A stretch of DNA of 32,000 nt from Candidatus Nanobsidianus stetteri. Its GTDB lineage: Archaea > Nanobdellota > Nanobdellia > Nanobdellales > Nanobdellaceae. Each line of letters starts with the position of its first letter. Position 1 is the first letter of the stretch. The translations under genes were made by a program, and so were the position numbers. Location of the stretch: the NCBI RefSeq assembly GCF_003086415.1, contig NZ_QEFP02000016.1, positions 1-32,000 on the forward strand, given 5' to 3'. Under the pieces are notes generated by a model. That model was not told where the DNA came from. It saw nothing but the letters and a program-made list of their open reading frames with translations, and did not search any database. Below, piece by piece: positions 1 to 7,935 of the stretch.

Positions 1-1
1 G

Positions 2-454
2 AAAACATTATATTTATATAAAGATGATGGGGGTATTTTATTTGAAATACTAAATAATAATGATATTGTTGAATTATTAAAAGATTACTTGAATGTAAAA
101 GAAATAAAGATCGATGATGTAGAAAAGGATTTTGTAACTGCACAAACTAATTATGGAATTATAAAAATAGGATTTGATATTAAATATTATCCAGAATTGG
201 AAGAAGAATGGTTGTACAGAGAAATAAGAAGAAGATTGCAAGACATAAGAAAAGAAAACAAATTAAGAAAAGGTCAGAAGGCAAATATAGAAATATACGC
301 TGATGAAAAGCTATTAAATATAATAAAAAAATATAAGGATACCCTAGAAAAGGATACCGACACCATAATAATAATAAAGGACTCTAATGACGGTCTAAAT
401 AATGTAGAAAGAATATATGAAATGAGCATATTTTATAGGCTAAATATTTTATAA
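2..454 (+). CDS. ileS: C-terminal end of a class I aminoacyl-tRNA synthetase, most likely isoleucyl-tRNA synthetase (5'-partial, continues off the left edge)
   Basis: The frame is open from position 2 with no stop, and the track's 'M' at 89 is a TTG inside this frame. The segment ELEEEWLYREIRRRLQDIRKENKL...IEIY matches the IleRS C-terminal pattern (L.RE..R.IQ..RK..gl...d.I) as I remember it. Confidence 0.5.
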   Translation, partial: KTLYLYKDDGGILFEILNNNDIVELLKDYLNVKEIKIDDVEKDFVTAQTNYGIIKIGFDIKYYPELEEEWLYREIRRRLQDIRKENKLRKGQKANIEIYADEKLLNIIKKYKDTLEKDTDTIIIIKDSNDGLNNVERIYEMSIFYRLNIL

Positions 455-477
455 GTTTTTATTAAATTTATTAAAAA

Positions 478-1071
478 ATGGTTACATGGGAGATTTCCAA
501 TGCTGTGGTTACTATATATTTTAATGTGAAGTTACCATTAGACAAAATTGCAAATCTAATTCCTTATGCTCAATATGATCCAGAAACATTTCCTGGATTA
601 ATTATACCACTAAAAGAGGGTGGAAGTAAAGAAGAAAATGTTAAAGCATTAGTATTTAACAGCGGAACAATAAATATATCTGGAATAAAAAGATTAGAAG
701 ATATAGAATACGTCGCAGAAAAATTAAGAGAATTATTTAAACAGATTGATATAGAACTTCCAAAAAATTATAAAATAAAGGTACAGAATATTGTTGTAAA
801 TGGAAAATTCGATTATGATAATATAGATATAGTAAGATTGGCAGATGAGATACCAGATTCCCAATACAATCCAGAAGCTTTTCCAGCTGTTACTGTTGTA
901 TTTGATGTATCAGAAAATTATAGAGTAAAATTTAATGTATTTAAAAATGGAAAATTTGTATGTCCTGGATTGAAAGGTGAATTTAATAGTTTTGATGAGA
1001 TTAAAAAACACGTAGATTATGTATTGAATTCATTCCAGGAAAAAGTAATAAAAAAATATGTAAAAAAATAG
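478..1071 (+). CDS. tbp: TATA-box binding protein
   Basis: Two-repeat architecture with YDPETFPGLI in repeat 1 and YNPEAFPAV in repeat 2. The length of about 197 aa is typical of archaeal TBP. Confidence 0.9.
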   Translation: MVTWEISNAVVTIYFNVKLPLDKIANLIPYAQYDPETFPGLIIPLKEGGSKEENVKALVFNSGTINISGIKRLEDIEYVAEKLRELFKQIDIELPKNYKIKVQNIVVNGKFDYDNIDIVRLADEIPDSQYNPEAFPAVTVVFDVSENYRVKFNVFKNGKFVCPGLKGEFNSFDEIKKHVDYVLNSFQEKVIKKYVKK

Positions 1072-1101
1072 CTTATAAATATATTTCATTATAATAGAAC
1101 T

Positions 1102-1719
1102 ATGACGGAATCATCTGGAACAACAATTGTTGCAATAAAATTTAAGGACGGAGTATTAATTGCATCTGATAAACAGGCAACAGCAGGAATGATGGTATAT
1201 CATAAAAAAGTACAAAAATTACATCAAATTACTGATAATATATTGATGGGTGCTGCGGGTTTGGTTGGTGATATTCAAGCTTTAGTAAAAATATTACAAG
1301 CAAATTTAAAATTAAAGTATTTAAGATCAAAAAATGAACCAACTGCAGAAGAAGCTGCGAATTTTCTATCAACATTAATGAACTATTATAAATGGTTCCC
1401 ATTCTTTACAGAAGTTATAATTGTTGGAAAAGATAATGATGATTACAATATATATGAAATAGATGAGGCTGGAGGATTAGAAAAATTTGATAACTTTGTA
1501 TCTACAGGTTCTGGAATGATGTTTGCTTTAGGTGTATTAGAAACAGAATATAAAGAAAATATGGATGAAGAAGAAGCAAAAGAATTAGCAAAGAAAGCAA
1601 TATTAGCTGCTATAAAAAGGGATTTGGGATCTGGATATGGTATTGAAATATGGACATTAACAAAGGAAGGATTGAAAAAAGAACTTTATGAAGTAAAGGA
1701 AGAATTACAGAAAAAATAA
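1102..1719 (+). CDS. psmB: Proteasome beta subunit
   Basis: A short propeptide is followed by G|TTIVAIKFKDGVLIASDKQAT (the Ntn-hydrolase Thr1 motif). GSG and a family-typical C-terminal half are present. Confidence 0.9.
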   Translation: MTESSGTTIVAIKFKDGVLIASDKQATAGMMVYHKKVQKLHQITDNILMGAAGLVGDIQALVKILQANLKLKYLRSKNEPTAEEAANFLSTLMNYYKWFPFFTEVIIVGKDNDDYNIYEIDEAGGLEKFDNFVSTGSGMMFALGVLETEYKENMDEEEAKELAKKAILAAIKRDLGSGYGIEIWTLTKEGLKKELYEVKEELQKK

Positions 1720-1764
1720 TTTTTTAAATTTTATAATCAATTATAAAAGGTATTTACATTATTT

Positions 1765-3618
1765 ATGATGAATATTAAGGAAGAATTATTAAAGGAATTC
1801 CAATCAAAGGATATAAATAGGATAATATTTGAAGGCCCAAAGATAGTTATATATGTAAATAATGTAGATCTATTTATAAAAGGAATTGAGATAGGAAAAA
1901 ATCTGGCACAGAAGTATAAAAAAAGGATTGAAATAAGGGTAAATCCAAAATTATTAAAAGGAGAAGAATATATTAAGGAAAAAGCAAAAGAAATATTAAA
2001 TGGAATAAAAATAAAAGATATATATCTTGAAAAACATAGATCTACATTATATATTGAGACATATGAACCTGAAAAAATTGATTTAAATTTAATTAACAAA
2101 TTAAGAGAAGAAACATTATGTAATATTATAATACAGAGAGCACCATTAAAATCTTCAAAAATAATAAATGTTATTAGAGCATATTTACACAAAAATTCTT
2201 TATATAAATCTGAATTTTTAAATAAGGTTGGAGAAAAAATATTGGAAAGAAAACCACAGAGATTAGATCATTATAGAATTGTCTTTTTAGGTGCTGGAAG
2301 AGAGGTTGGAAGATCTTCATTTTTATTACAAACAAAAGAAAGTAATATTTTATTAGATTGTGGTCTAGGTGCGGGAAATTATTCAGAAGATAGATATCCA
2401 ATATTAAATATTCCTGAATTTGATATACAAAATCTAGATGCTGTAATCATTTCACATGCCCATTTAGATCACGTTGGATTTATCCCATATTTATTTAGAA
2501 TTGGATGGAGGGGTCCTGTATATTTAACAGAACCAACAAGAGATATCGCAGCTTTGGTTTTATTAGATTATTTAAAAGTAAGTAATAAACAAAGTAAAAA
2601 TCCAATATTTACATCAAAAGAAATTAAATTATTTTTAAAACATTCTATTACATTAAATTATTCTGAAGTAACTGATATAACTGGTGATATAAAAATATCA
2701 TTACACAATGCAAATCATATAATAGGATCTTCAATGGTTCATATTAATATTGAAGGAAAACATAATGTATTATATACCGGAGATTATAGATTTAATAAAA
2801 TGCCCTTATTAGAAAGACCAAATACAATATATCAAAGATTGGAAACATTAATAATTGAAAGTACATATGGTGGATTTAATGACAAACACCCATCAAGAGA
2901 AGAAACTGAAGCATTATTTATTCATGATATAAAGGAAACAATTGAAAAGGGTGGAAAAGTATTAATACCAGTATTGGCAGTTGGAAGGGGGCAGGATGTT
3001 TTATTAACATTACTAAATGCAATTGAAAATAAAATATTACCAGAAGTAAATATATATTTAGAGGGAATTGTATGGGAAACATCAATGATTCACACAGCAT
3101 ATCCTGAATTTTTAAGTAAAGAAATTAGAGAAAAGATAGAATCTGGAAAAAATCCATTTGAAAGAGAAAATGTAATAAGGGCAAGTAAAAAGGAAAGAGA
3201 ACAAATTATAACATCAAAAGAACCTTCAATAATAATTGCAACATCTGGTATGATGCAGGGTGGTCCTATATTAGATTATTTTAGTTATGCTGCAGAAGAT
3301 GAAAAGAATTTATTAGCTTTTGTTTCATATCAAGCACAAGGTACTTTAGGTAGAACAATATTGGATGGACAAAGGGAAATTGTATTGAATGATAGAAAAA
3401 TAAATATAAAAATGAAGGTAAATAAATATGAAGGTTTTTCTGGTCATGCAGATCACTTTGAATCAATATCTTTTATTAAATATTTAAGACCAAAACCAAA
3501 ACAGGTTATTACAATACATGGAGAAATACCAAAACCATATGAACTAGCATCAAAAATATATAGAAAATTTGGAATATATTCTTATGCACCAAAGAATGGT
3601 GATATAATTAGATTATAA
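1765..3618 (+). CDS. fttA: aCPSF1/FttA: KH-domain plus metallo-beta-lactamase/beta-CASP ribonuclease (archaeal transcription termination factor)
   Basis: N-terminal KH-like region, the HAHLDHVG (HxHxDH) motif, beta-CASP region and C-terminal GFSGHAD...HGE motifs. The 617-aa length fits. Confidence 0.9.
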   Translation: MMNIKEELLKEFQSKDINRIIFEGPKIVIYVNNVDLFIKGIEIGKNLAQKYKKRIEIRVNPKLLKGEEYIKEKAKEILNGIKIKDIYLEKHRSTLYIETYEPEKIDLNLINKLREETLCNIIIQRAPLKSSKIINVIRAYLHKNSLYKSEFLNKVGEKILERKPQRLDHYRIVFLGAGREVGRSSFLLQTKESNILLDCGLGAGNYSEDRYPILNIPEFDIQNLDAVIISHAHLDHVGFIPYLFRIGWRGPVYLTEPTRDIAALVLLDYLKVSNKQSKNPIFTSKEIKLFLKHSITLNYSEVTDITGDIKISLHNANHIIGSSMVHINIEGKHNVLYTGDYRFNKMPLLERPNTIYQRLETLIIESTYGGFNDKHPSREETEALFIHDIKETIEKGGKVLIPVLAVGRGQDVLLTLLNAIENKILPEVNIYLEGIVWETSMIHTAYPEFLSKEIREKIESGKNPFERENVIRASKKEREQIITSKEPSIIIATSGMMQGGPILDYFSYAAEDEKNLLAFVSYQAQGTLGRTILDGQREIVLNDRKINIKMKVNKYEGFSGHADHFESISFIKYLRPKPKQVITIHGEIPKPYELASKIYRKFGIYSYAPKNGDIIRL

Positions 3619-3640
3619 AATTTTTTTAAAAGAAAAATAA

Positions 3641-4249
3641 ATGATTAAAAAATATAGATATATTGCAATTGAGGGAATTGACGGTTCTGGAAAAACAACA
3701 ATTGCAAATTTGTTATATAATGAATTATCTAAAAGATATGATAAGATAATATTAGTGAAAGAACCATATGATAATGATTTATCCAAAAAAATAAAAGAAA
3801 TAATTTTAAAAGAACATGAAAAAAATTTAGATTATGGATATTTATTAGCATTATTATTTACTGCTGATAGAAGTATAAAAAACATTGATTTAAAGAAATA
3901 TTTAAATGATGATTATATTGTTATTTCTGATAGAAGTATTTATTCCACATTTTCTTATCAAATTTTATATGAAGGAATAGATATTGAATGGTTAAAATGT
4001 GTATCAAAATATATAATTAGACCAGATATTACTTTTATATTAGATGTTGATCCAAAAATTGCGGTAGAAAGAGTAAATTCAAGGGGTAAAAATATTACAA
4101 GTTATGAAAATATTGAATTTTTGAGAAAAGTAAGGGAAAATTTCTTAAAATTAAAGGAAATATTTCCAGAAGATAATATAATTTATATTGATGGAGAAGA
4201 AAAACCTGAAGAAATATTGAAAAAAATATTAAGTATAATAGAAAAATAA
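3641..4249 (+). CDS. tmk: Thymidylate kinase
   Basis: P-loop IAIEGIDGSGKTT, a DR(S/Y) motif (ADRS, SDRS) and a length of about 200 aa. Confidence 0.85.
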   Translation: MIKKYRYIAIEGIDGSGKTTIANLLYNELSKRYDKIILVKEPYDNDLSKKIKEIILKEHEKNLDYGYLLALLFTADRSIKNIDLKKYLNDDYIVISDRSIYSTFSYQILYEGIDIEWLKCVSKYIIRPDITFILDVDPKIAVERVNSRGKNITSYENIEFLRKVRENFLKLKEIFPEDNIIYIDGEEKPEEILKKILSIIEK

Positions 4250-4271
4250 TAAATTTTTAATAGCTTTATTA

Positions 4272-5252
4272 CTATTCATTTCTATCAGAAAACATTTTGC
4301 TTATTTCTTTTTCCATCTGCTCTTCTAAATGCTCTTTTAAATCATATCTTAGCTTCAATGTTTTTTCACTCAATATAGTATTAAGATCTTCAGGAATTTT
4401 TTCTTTTTTAAAGATGTATGTGTTACGATCCATAATATACTTTTCTTTTATAATATGCTTTTCATCTTCCTTAATTTCTTTTTTTATAAAATACTCTGTA
4501 TTCAACCATATTACATCCTGTTCAGTTTTACCTTCCATTTTAATACACTTCATTCCTGCAGAATCTTGATAACTATATATAAGTGAATGTAGCATATTTA
4601 TATATGTATTCCTTCTACCCTCAAGGACCTCCCTAATATCGACTCCACATAATTCAATCTTAAGGTCACCAGTTGACATATTGTATTCTATGTCTATTTC
4701 TTTTATTTCACCGACGTCTTTTACATCCAATTCTCCATCTAAAAGCCAAATAGCAAGAGGTAACATTACATTCATTTTTGATAATTTTCTTAAATCATAT
4801 AAGCCAGTCTTTTGAATTTCATACCTACTTGTCATCATTGCTATAACACTATACTCTCTTCCTACTGAGGCTCTTCTCCTAGCTAATTTTAATTCTAATT
4901 TATTATCTTTAATAATTGCTACACCTCCATAACCATATATAACGCCTACAACTCCTTTAAACGCGTCTCCTCTTACTGTTAGTATTGGTATTTTTGAAGT
5001 TGAAATTCCCTCCAAATACATAATGGTTTCTCCAGTTTCTTTTACTGAAACTTTTTTAGGTGGTATCACAAACCCATCCATTATATAGCGTGTCACTGCG
5101 TCTGATAAATACTCTACAAATTTCTTAAGATATTCTATCCTTTCTTCTCCTAAACTACCTGCCAACTGTAATATATCATCCTCCTGTAATATTTCCTCAA
5201 GTCCGCCTTTATGCCCTCCTTGAAATTTTTGTTGTATGTTATCTGATATCAT
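4272..5252 (-). CDS. Hypothetical protein, 326 aa, no domain recognised
   Basis: Long ORF with non-repetitive, mixed composition. The N-terminal two thirds are noticeably more GC-rich than the genome background, and the C-terminal third is a K/E-rich helical tail. It is divergent from aroD. Confidence 0.6.
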   Translation of the reverse strand: MISDNIQQKFQGGHKGGLEEILQEDDILQLAGSLGEERIEYLKKFVEYLSDAVTRYIMDGFVIPPKKVSVKETGETIMYLEGISTSKIPILTVRGDAFKGVVGVIYGYGGVAIIKDNKLELKLARRRASVGREYSVIAMMTSRYEIQKTGLYDLRKLSKMNVMLPLAIWLLDGELDVKDVGEIKEIDIEYNMSTGDLKIELCGVDIREVLEGRRNTYINMLHSLIYSYQDSAGMKCIKMEGKTEQDVIWLNTEYFIKKEIKEDEKHIIKEKYIMDRNTYIFKKEKIPEDLNTILSEKTLKLRYDLKEHLEEQMEKEISKMFSDRNE

Positions 5253-5380
5253 AATATTTTTGTGTATAAAAATTTTATAAAGGTCGCGATCTTCGTTATA
5301 TCTTGGTAATAAATTCTTATCACATAATTATTATTTGTTTAGTATACTGTCCATAAAAATATTTAAATAAAATTATAAAC

Positions 5381-5491
5381 ATGGAGTTAATGGAGCAAAA
5401 AGCATTGCCTTTCAGTATAAGAGGACTTTCGGTTTCCTTCTTAACCTTAGCAAACATATTATTTGCATCAAACTACTTAATCTCACTATGA
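5381..5491 (+). CDS. 36-codon ORF overlapping the aroD start by 4 nt (ATGA). Possibly a remnant of an upstream operon gene or a small hydrophobic peptide
   Basis: It translates as MELMEQKALPFSIRGLSVSFLTLANILFASNYLISL. Its TGA overlaps the ATGATG start of aroD, and its GC is elevated like that of aroD. There is no independent support that it is a real gene. Confidence 0.2.
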   Translation: MELMEQKALPFSIRGLSVSFLTLANILFASNYLISL

Positions 5492-6114
5492 TGAAACTAG
5501 TCATTACCCTGTCGGTGAGGAGTCTAAAAGATATAAAATTAGTTTCTGCTCTAGATTCTGATCTAGTAGAGCTCAGACTGGACTACCTGAGGAGACCAGA
5601 AGACTTCGACCCATCCTTAATCGATGATATAAAGGATAGAGTTATTGTAACTGTAAGAGATCCCAGTGAAGGGGGAATCAAGGAGGTGGATGAAGATTGG
5701 AAGGCTTCACTTTACAAGAAACTTCATGACATGGGGGTGCTTTACGATGTAGAAGCCAGGTTCTTGAGGAAGAGAAAAGATATCCCATTCGAAGGGAAAA
5801 TAGTATCTGCTCATTTCTTCGACAGAGTTCCTAGTATAAAGGAAGTGGAGGAAATCTTCAAGAGTTTCGAGGAGGCCTGGATAAAGAAACTGGCAGTGAC
5901 CGCAAGAGAAGGTTACAAAGAACTTCTAGCTCACTTCGCCAGAAAAGGTTTCGCTATCATGCCCATGGGATCGGACCCAATTGAAAGGATAGCCTTCGCT
6001 ATACTAGGATCAGAACTTATTTATGCAAGCCTCGATAAGGGTTTAGAAACAGCCCCAGGGCAAATGAGTTACAAAAAGGTTAAAGAAATCTTGTCCTGTC
6101 TAGGACTACGCTAA
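5488..6114 (+). CDS. aroD: 3-dehydroquinate dehydratase, type I
   Basis: VELRLDYL, TVR..SEGG, SAHFF (catalytic His context), KLAVTA (Schiff-base Lys context), MG..G..SR-like MGSDPIERI and TAPGQ. The length of about 208 aa fits archaeal type I DHQase. Confidence 0.85.
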   Translation: MMKLVITLSVRSLKDIKLVSALDSDLVELRLDYLRRPEDFDPSLIDDIKDRVIVTVRDPSEGGIKEVDEDWKASLYKKLHDMGVLYDVEARFLRKRKDIPFEGKIVSAHFFDRVPSIKEVEEIFKSFEEAWIKKLAVTAREGYKELLAHFARKGFAIMPMGSDPIERIAFAILGSELIYASLDKGLETAPGQMSYKKVKEILSCLGLR

Positions 6115-6124
6115 CACCTAAGAT

Positions 6125-6148
6125 CTTGAAGAACTCTCATTCTTCAGG
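6125..6148 (+). terminator. Hairpin 10 nt downstream of the aroD stop (possible terminator or 3'-end structure)
   Basis: TGAAGAA (6127-6133) pairs with TTCTTCA (6140-6146) across a 6-nt loop. The stem is extendable by a T-G and a C-G pair. Confidence 0.3.
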
Positions 6149-6248
6149 GGTAAGAAAAGAATCGTAATTCCCGAAATTTCCATTAAAATATTTTCTAAAT
6201 TGAAAGAAGGAATTATAACTTTTATAACTTGTAAAGTTTGCCTTTATT

Positions 6249-6289
6249 TCACCTTAAGTATATGGTAAGACTCAATTTTACTTAAGGTG
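6249..6289. repeat. Perfect 11-bp inverted repeat (hairpin) with a 19-nt loop
   Basis: CACCTTAAGTA (6249-6259) and TACTTAAGGTG (6279-6289) are exact reverse complements. The element lies between aroD and the 6356 ORF. Confidence 0.8.
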
Positions 6290-6355
6290 GCTTTATGACT
6301 AATTCCTATAGAGTTCAAAGTTAAAACAGAAAAATTTTTTAGATATAGAAGAAAA

Positions 6356-6874
6356 ATGAAATATATGGATACAGACATCGTAAAAAAGAGAGCAAGAATA
6401 ATCATACCAGTTTTAGTATTTATGGTCTTTCTATCTTTTATTTCTGCCATTCCTTTTATAGCACTAGGAAATACAGTATTAAGTGTAATATCTATTTTAA
6501 TAGGTATATTCCTAATTTATGAAATAAAAAGAATAAAATCAATAATACCTCCAGAACCTGCAGATATTCTATCAGTTGGAAAATATGGAATTCTATCAAC
6601 AATATACTGGTATAACAAAAGTGGAGTATGGAAAAACAATAAGATGATTTTCACATGGAGTGACATAAGTGATGTATTTATAATCAGGACATGGACTGAA
6701 ACTGGTAGATCAACACGTACTATTTTATCTACTACGGGAGAATTTCTTACATATACATTTGGCCTAGTTAGATTTATAATGAAAAATGGAGAATATATTG
6801 ATATAGATAGAGTTGTAGACCCGGAAACAGTGGTTTCCTTTATAAAAAAGATGTATCTAAAATCTAACTTTTAG
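6356..6874 (+). CDS. Membrane protein with two N-terminal TM helices and a soluble C-terminal domain (possibly PH-like)
   Basis: Hydrophobic segments IIIPVLVFMVFLSFISAIPFIAL and VLSVISILIGIFLIY are followed by a beta-rich soluble region. No catalytic motif was recognised. Confidence 0.55.
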   Translation: MKYMDTDIVKKRARIIIPVLVFMVFLSFISAIPFIALGNTVLSVISILIGIFLIYEIKRIKSIIPPEPADILSVGKYGILSTIYWYNKSGVWKNNKMIFTWSDISDVFIIRTWTETGRSTRTILSTTGEFLTYTFGLVRFIMKNGEYIDIDRVVDPETVVSFIKKMYLKSNF

Positions 6875-6909
6875 TAGATTTTACAATCTTATTTATTTTA
6901 ATATATTTA

Positions 6910-7404
6910 TCAATGAATAAATAATCCATAAAAATTAATTATTGAACTGAAAAAATAGTAAAAAACAAAAGACAAAATTATAGTAAATATTGCATCTGAT
7001 AACCAATGTTTTAAAGTAATAATTCTTAATATTGGAGTTATCAATAATAATATATTTCCGGTTATTATGAAAGATAAGATTGCAATAATAGTATGTTCGC
7101 TTGGGAAAGAATGATTCTCATAAACTAATACTGCAAATCTTTTGTCAAAGAAATAATAGGGTCTTTTTCTATTAAATATTAATTTTAACAAATAAGTTAT
7201 TGTAGTAGATATAATAAAAAGAAAAATATAACTAAAATTTATAAAAAATAATATATATGAAATGAAAGATATATTTATTAAATATGATATTGCATCAATT
7301 GTATAAACAATATCTAATCTATCCATTAATTTTTTATAAAAAAATTCAGATATTTTATAATCAATCATAAACATTTTATTAAATAATATTTGGCCATTTA
7401 TCAT
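6910..7404 (-). CDS. PAP2-family membrane phosphatase (phosphatidic acid / polyprenyl-diphosphate phosphatase-like)
   Basis: The three PAP2 motifs are present: KLIFNRKRPY (KxxxxxxRP), SFPSEHT (PSGH-like) and LKHWLSD (HxxxD). The protein is polytopic. Confidence 0.75.
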   Translation of the reverse strand: MINGQILFNKMFMIDYKISEFFYKKLMDRLDIVYTIDAISYLINISFISYILFFINFSYIFLFIISTTITYLLKLIFNRKRPYYFFDKRFAVLVYENHSFPSEHTIIAILSFIITGNILLLITPILRIITLKHWLSDAIFTIILSFVFYYFFSSIINFYGLFIH

Positions 7405-7437
7405 AAAACTTCTATATGAATTGAAATTTTTTAATAT

Positions 7438-7501
7438 TCTTTATTATGATTGTATTTCAATAAGAATTTGAACATAATAAAGATTCATGCTTTATAAGCA
7501 T
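7438..7501. repeat. Two adjacent hairpins: an 11-bp inverted repeat and a 6-bp stem-loop
   Basis: TCTTTATTATG (7438-7448) pairs with CATAATAAAGA (7473-7483), with an internal TTCAA/TTGAA pair. ATGCTT-TAT-AAGCAT lies at 7487-7501. Confidence 0.8.
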
Positions 7502-7508
7502 CATCTAT

Positions 7509-7612
7509 ATTTAAAATTTATAAATTTCAAAGTAGTATATATAAGGCACATAAGATTCAAATTTTGAAAAAGGTCTAATTATATACTACTTTGAAATTTA
7601 TAAATTTTAAAT
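7509..7612. repeat. Perfect 33-bp inverted repeat with a 38-nt spacer
   Basis: 7509-7541 (ATTTAAAATTTATAAATTTCAAAGTAGTATATA) is the exact reverse complement of 7580-7612. The spacer itself contains TTCAAA/TTTGAA. Confidence 0.9.
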
Positions 7613-7772
7613 TAGTTAAATATATAAGACTTTTTATATTCAATTTATAAGGATTTGCTTATATTAATAAGAAACATTTATATTAGTATTTACCTATGAA
7701 AAACTAAATTCCAAGGATGGAACAACTATTCAGAGATTATATTACACTTTTTATATATTCAAAATAGGATAC

Positions 7773-7821
7773 TTATTATACCAAATTTTTATAAAAATGG
7801 TATAGTTACTATACCAAATAT
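7773..7821. repeat. Copy A of a perfect 49-bp direct repeat (promoter/operator-like)
   Basis: TTATTATACCAAATTTTTATAAAAATGGTATAGTTACTATACCAAATAT is identical to 9209-9257. It contains ATACCA...TGGTAT flanking the palindromic TATA-like core TTTTTATAAAAA. Confidence 0.9.
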
Positions 7822-7935
7822 ATTATAAATGATTAGAAAAAGATTAAGTAAAAATACCCGGTTGCCTGTTCTTCTAAAAAAATAATGCAAATTATAATTA
7901 TCTTAAAGGCAAAATACAAAAGTTATAGAAAATTT

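Noticed and set aside
1737-3466. Antisense ORFs inside aCPSF1 (1737-2192, 2174-2401, 2918-3100, 3281-3466)
   Set aside because: They lie fully inside a well-supported gene on the opposite strand. Their products are F/L/I/N-rich and low-complexity, as expected when the reverse complement of K/E/N-rich AT-rich coding sequence is translated.
4297-4569. 90-aa plus-strand ORF inside the 326-aa gene
   Set aside because: It is antisense to the K/E-rich tail of a longer ORF. Its composition is S/F/I-rich and low-complexity, and it contains no motif.
6244-6450. 68-aa minus-strand ORF spanning the hairpin and the start of the 6356 gene
   Set aside because: It overlaps the 5' end of the better-supported plus-strand membrane protein and the 11-bp inverted repeat. 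It is probably a by-product of those features.
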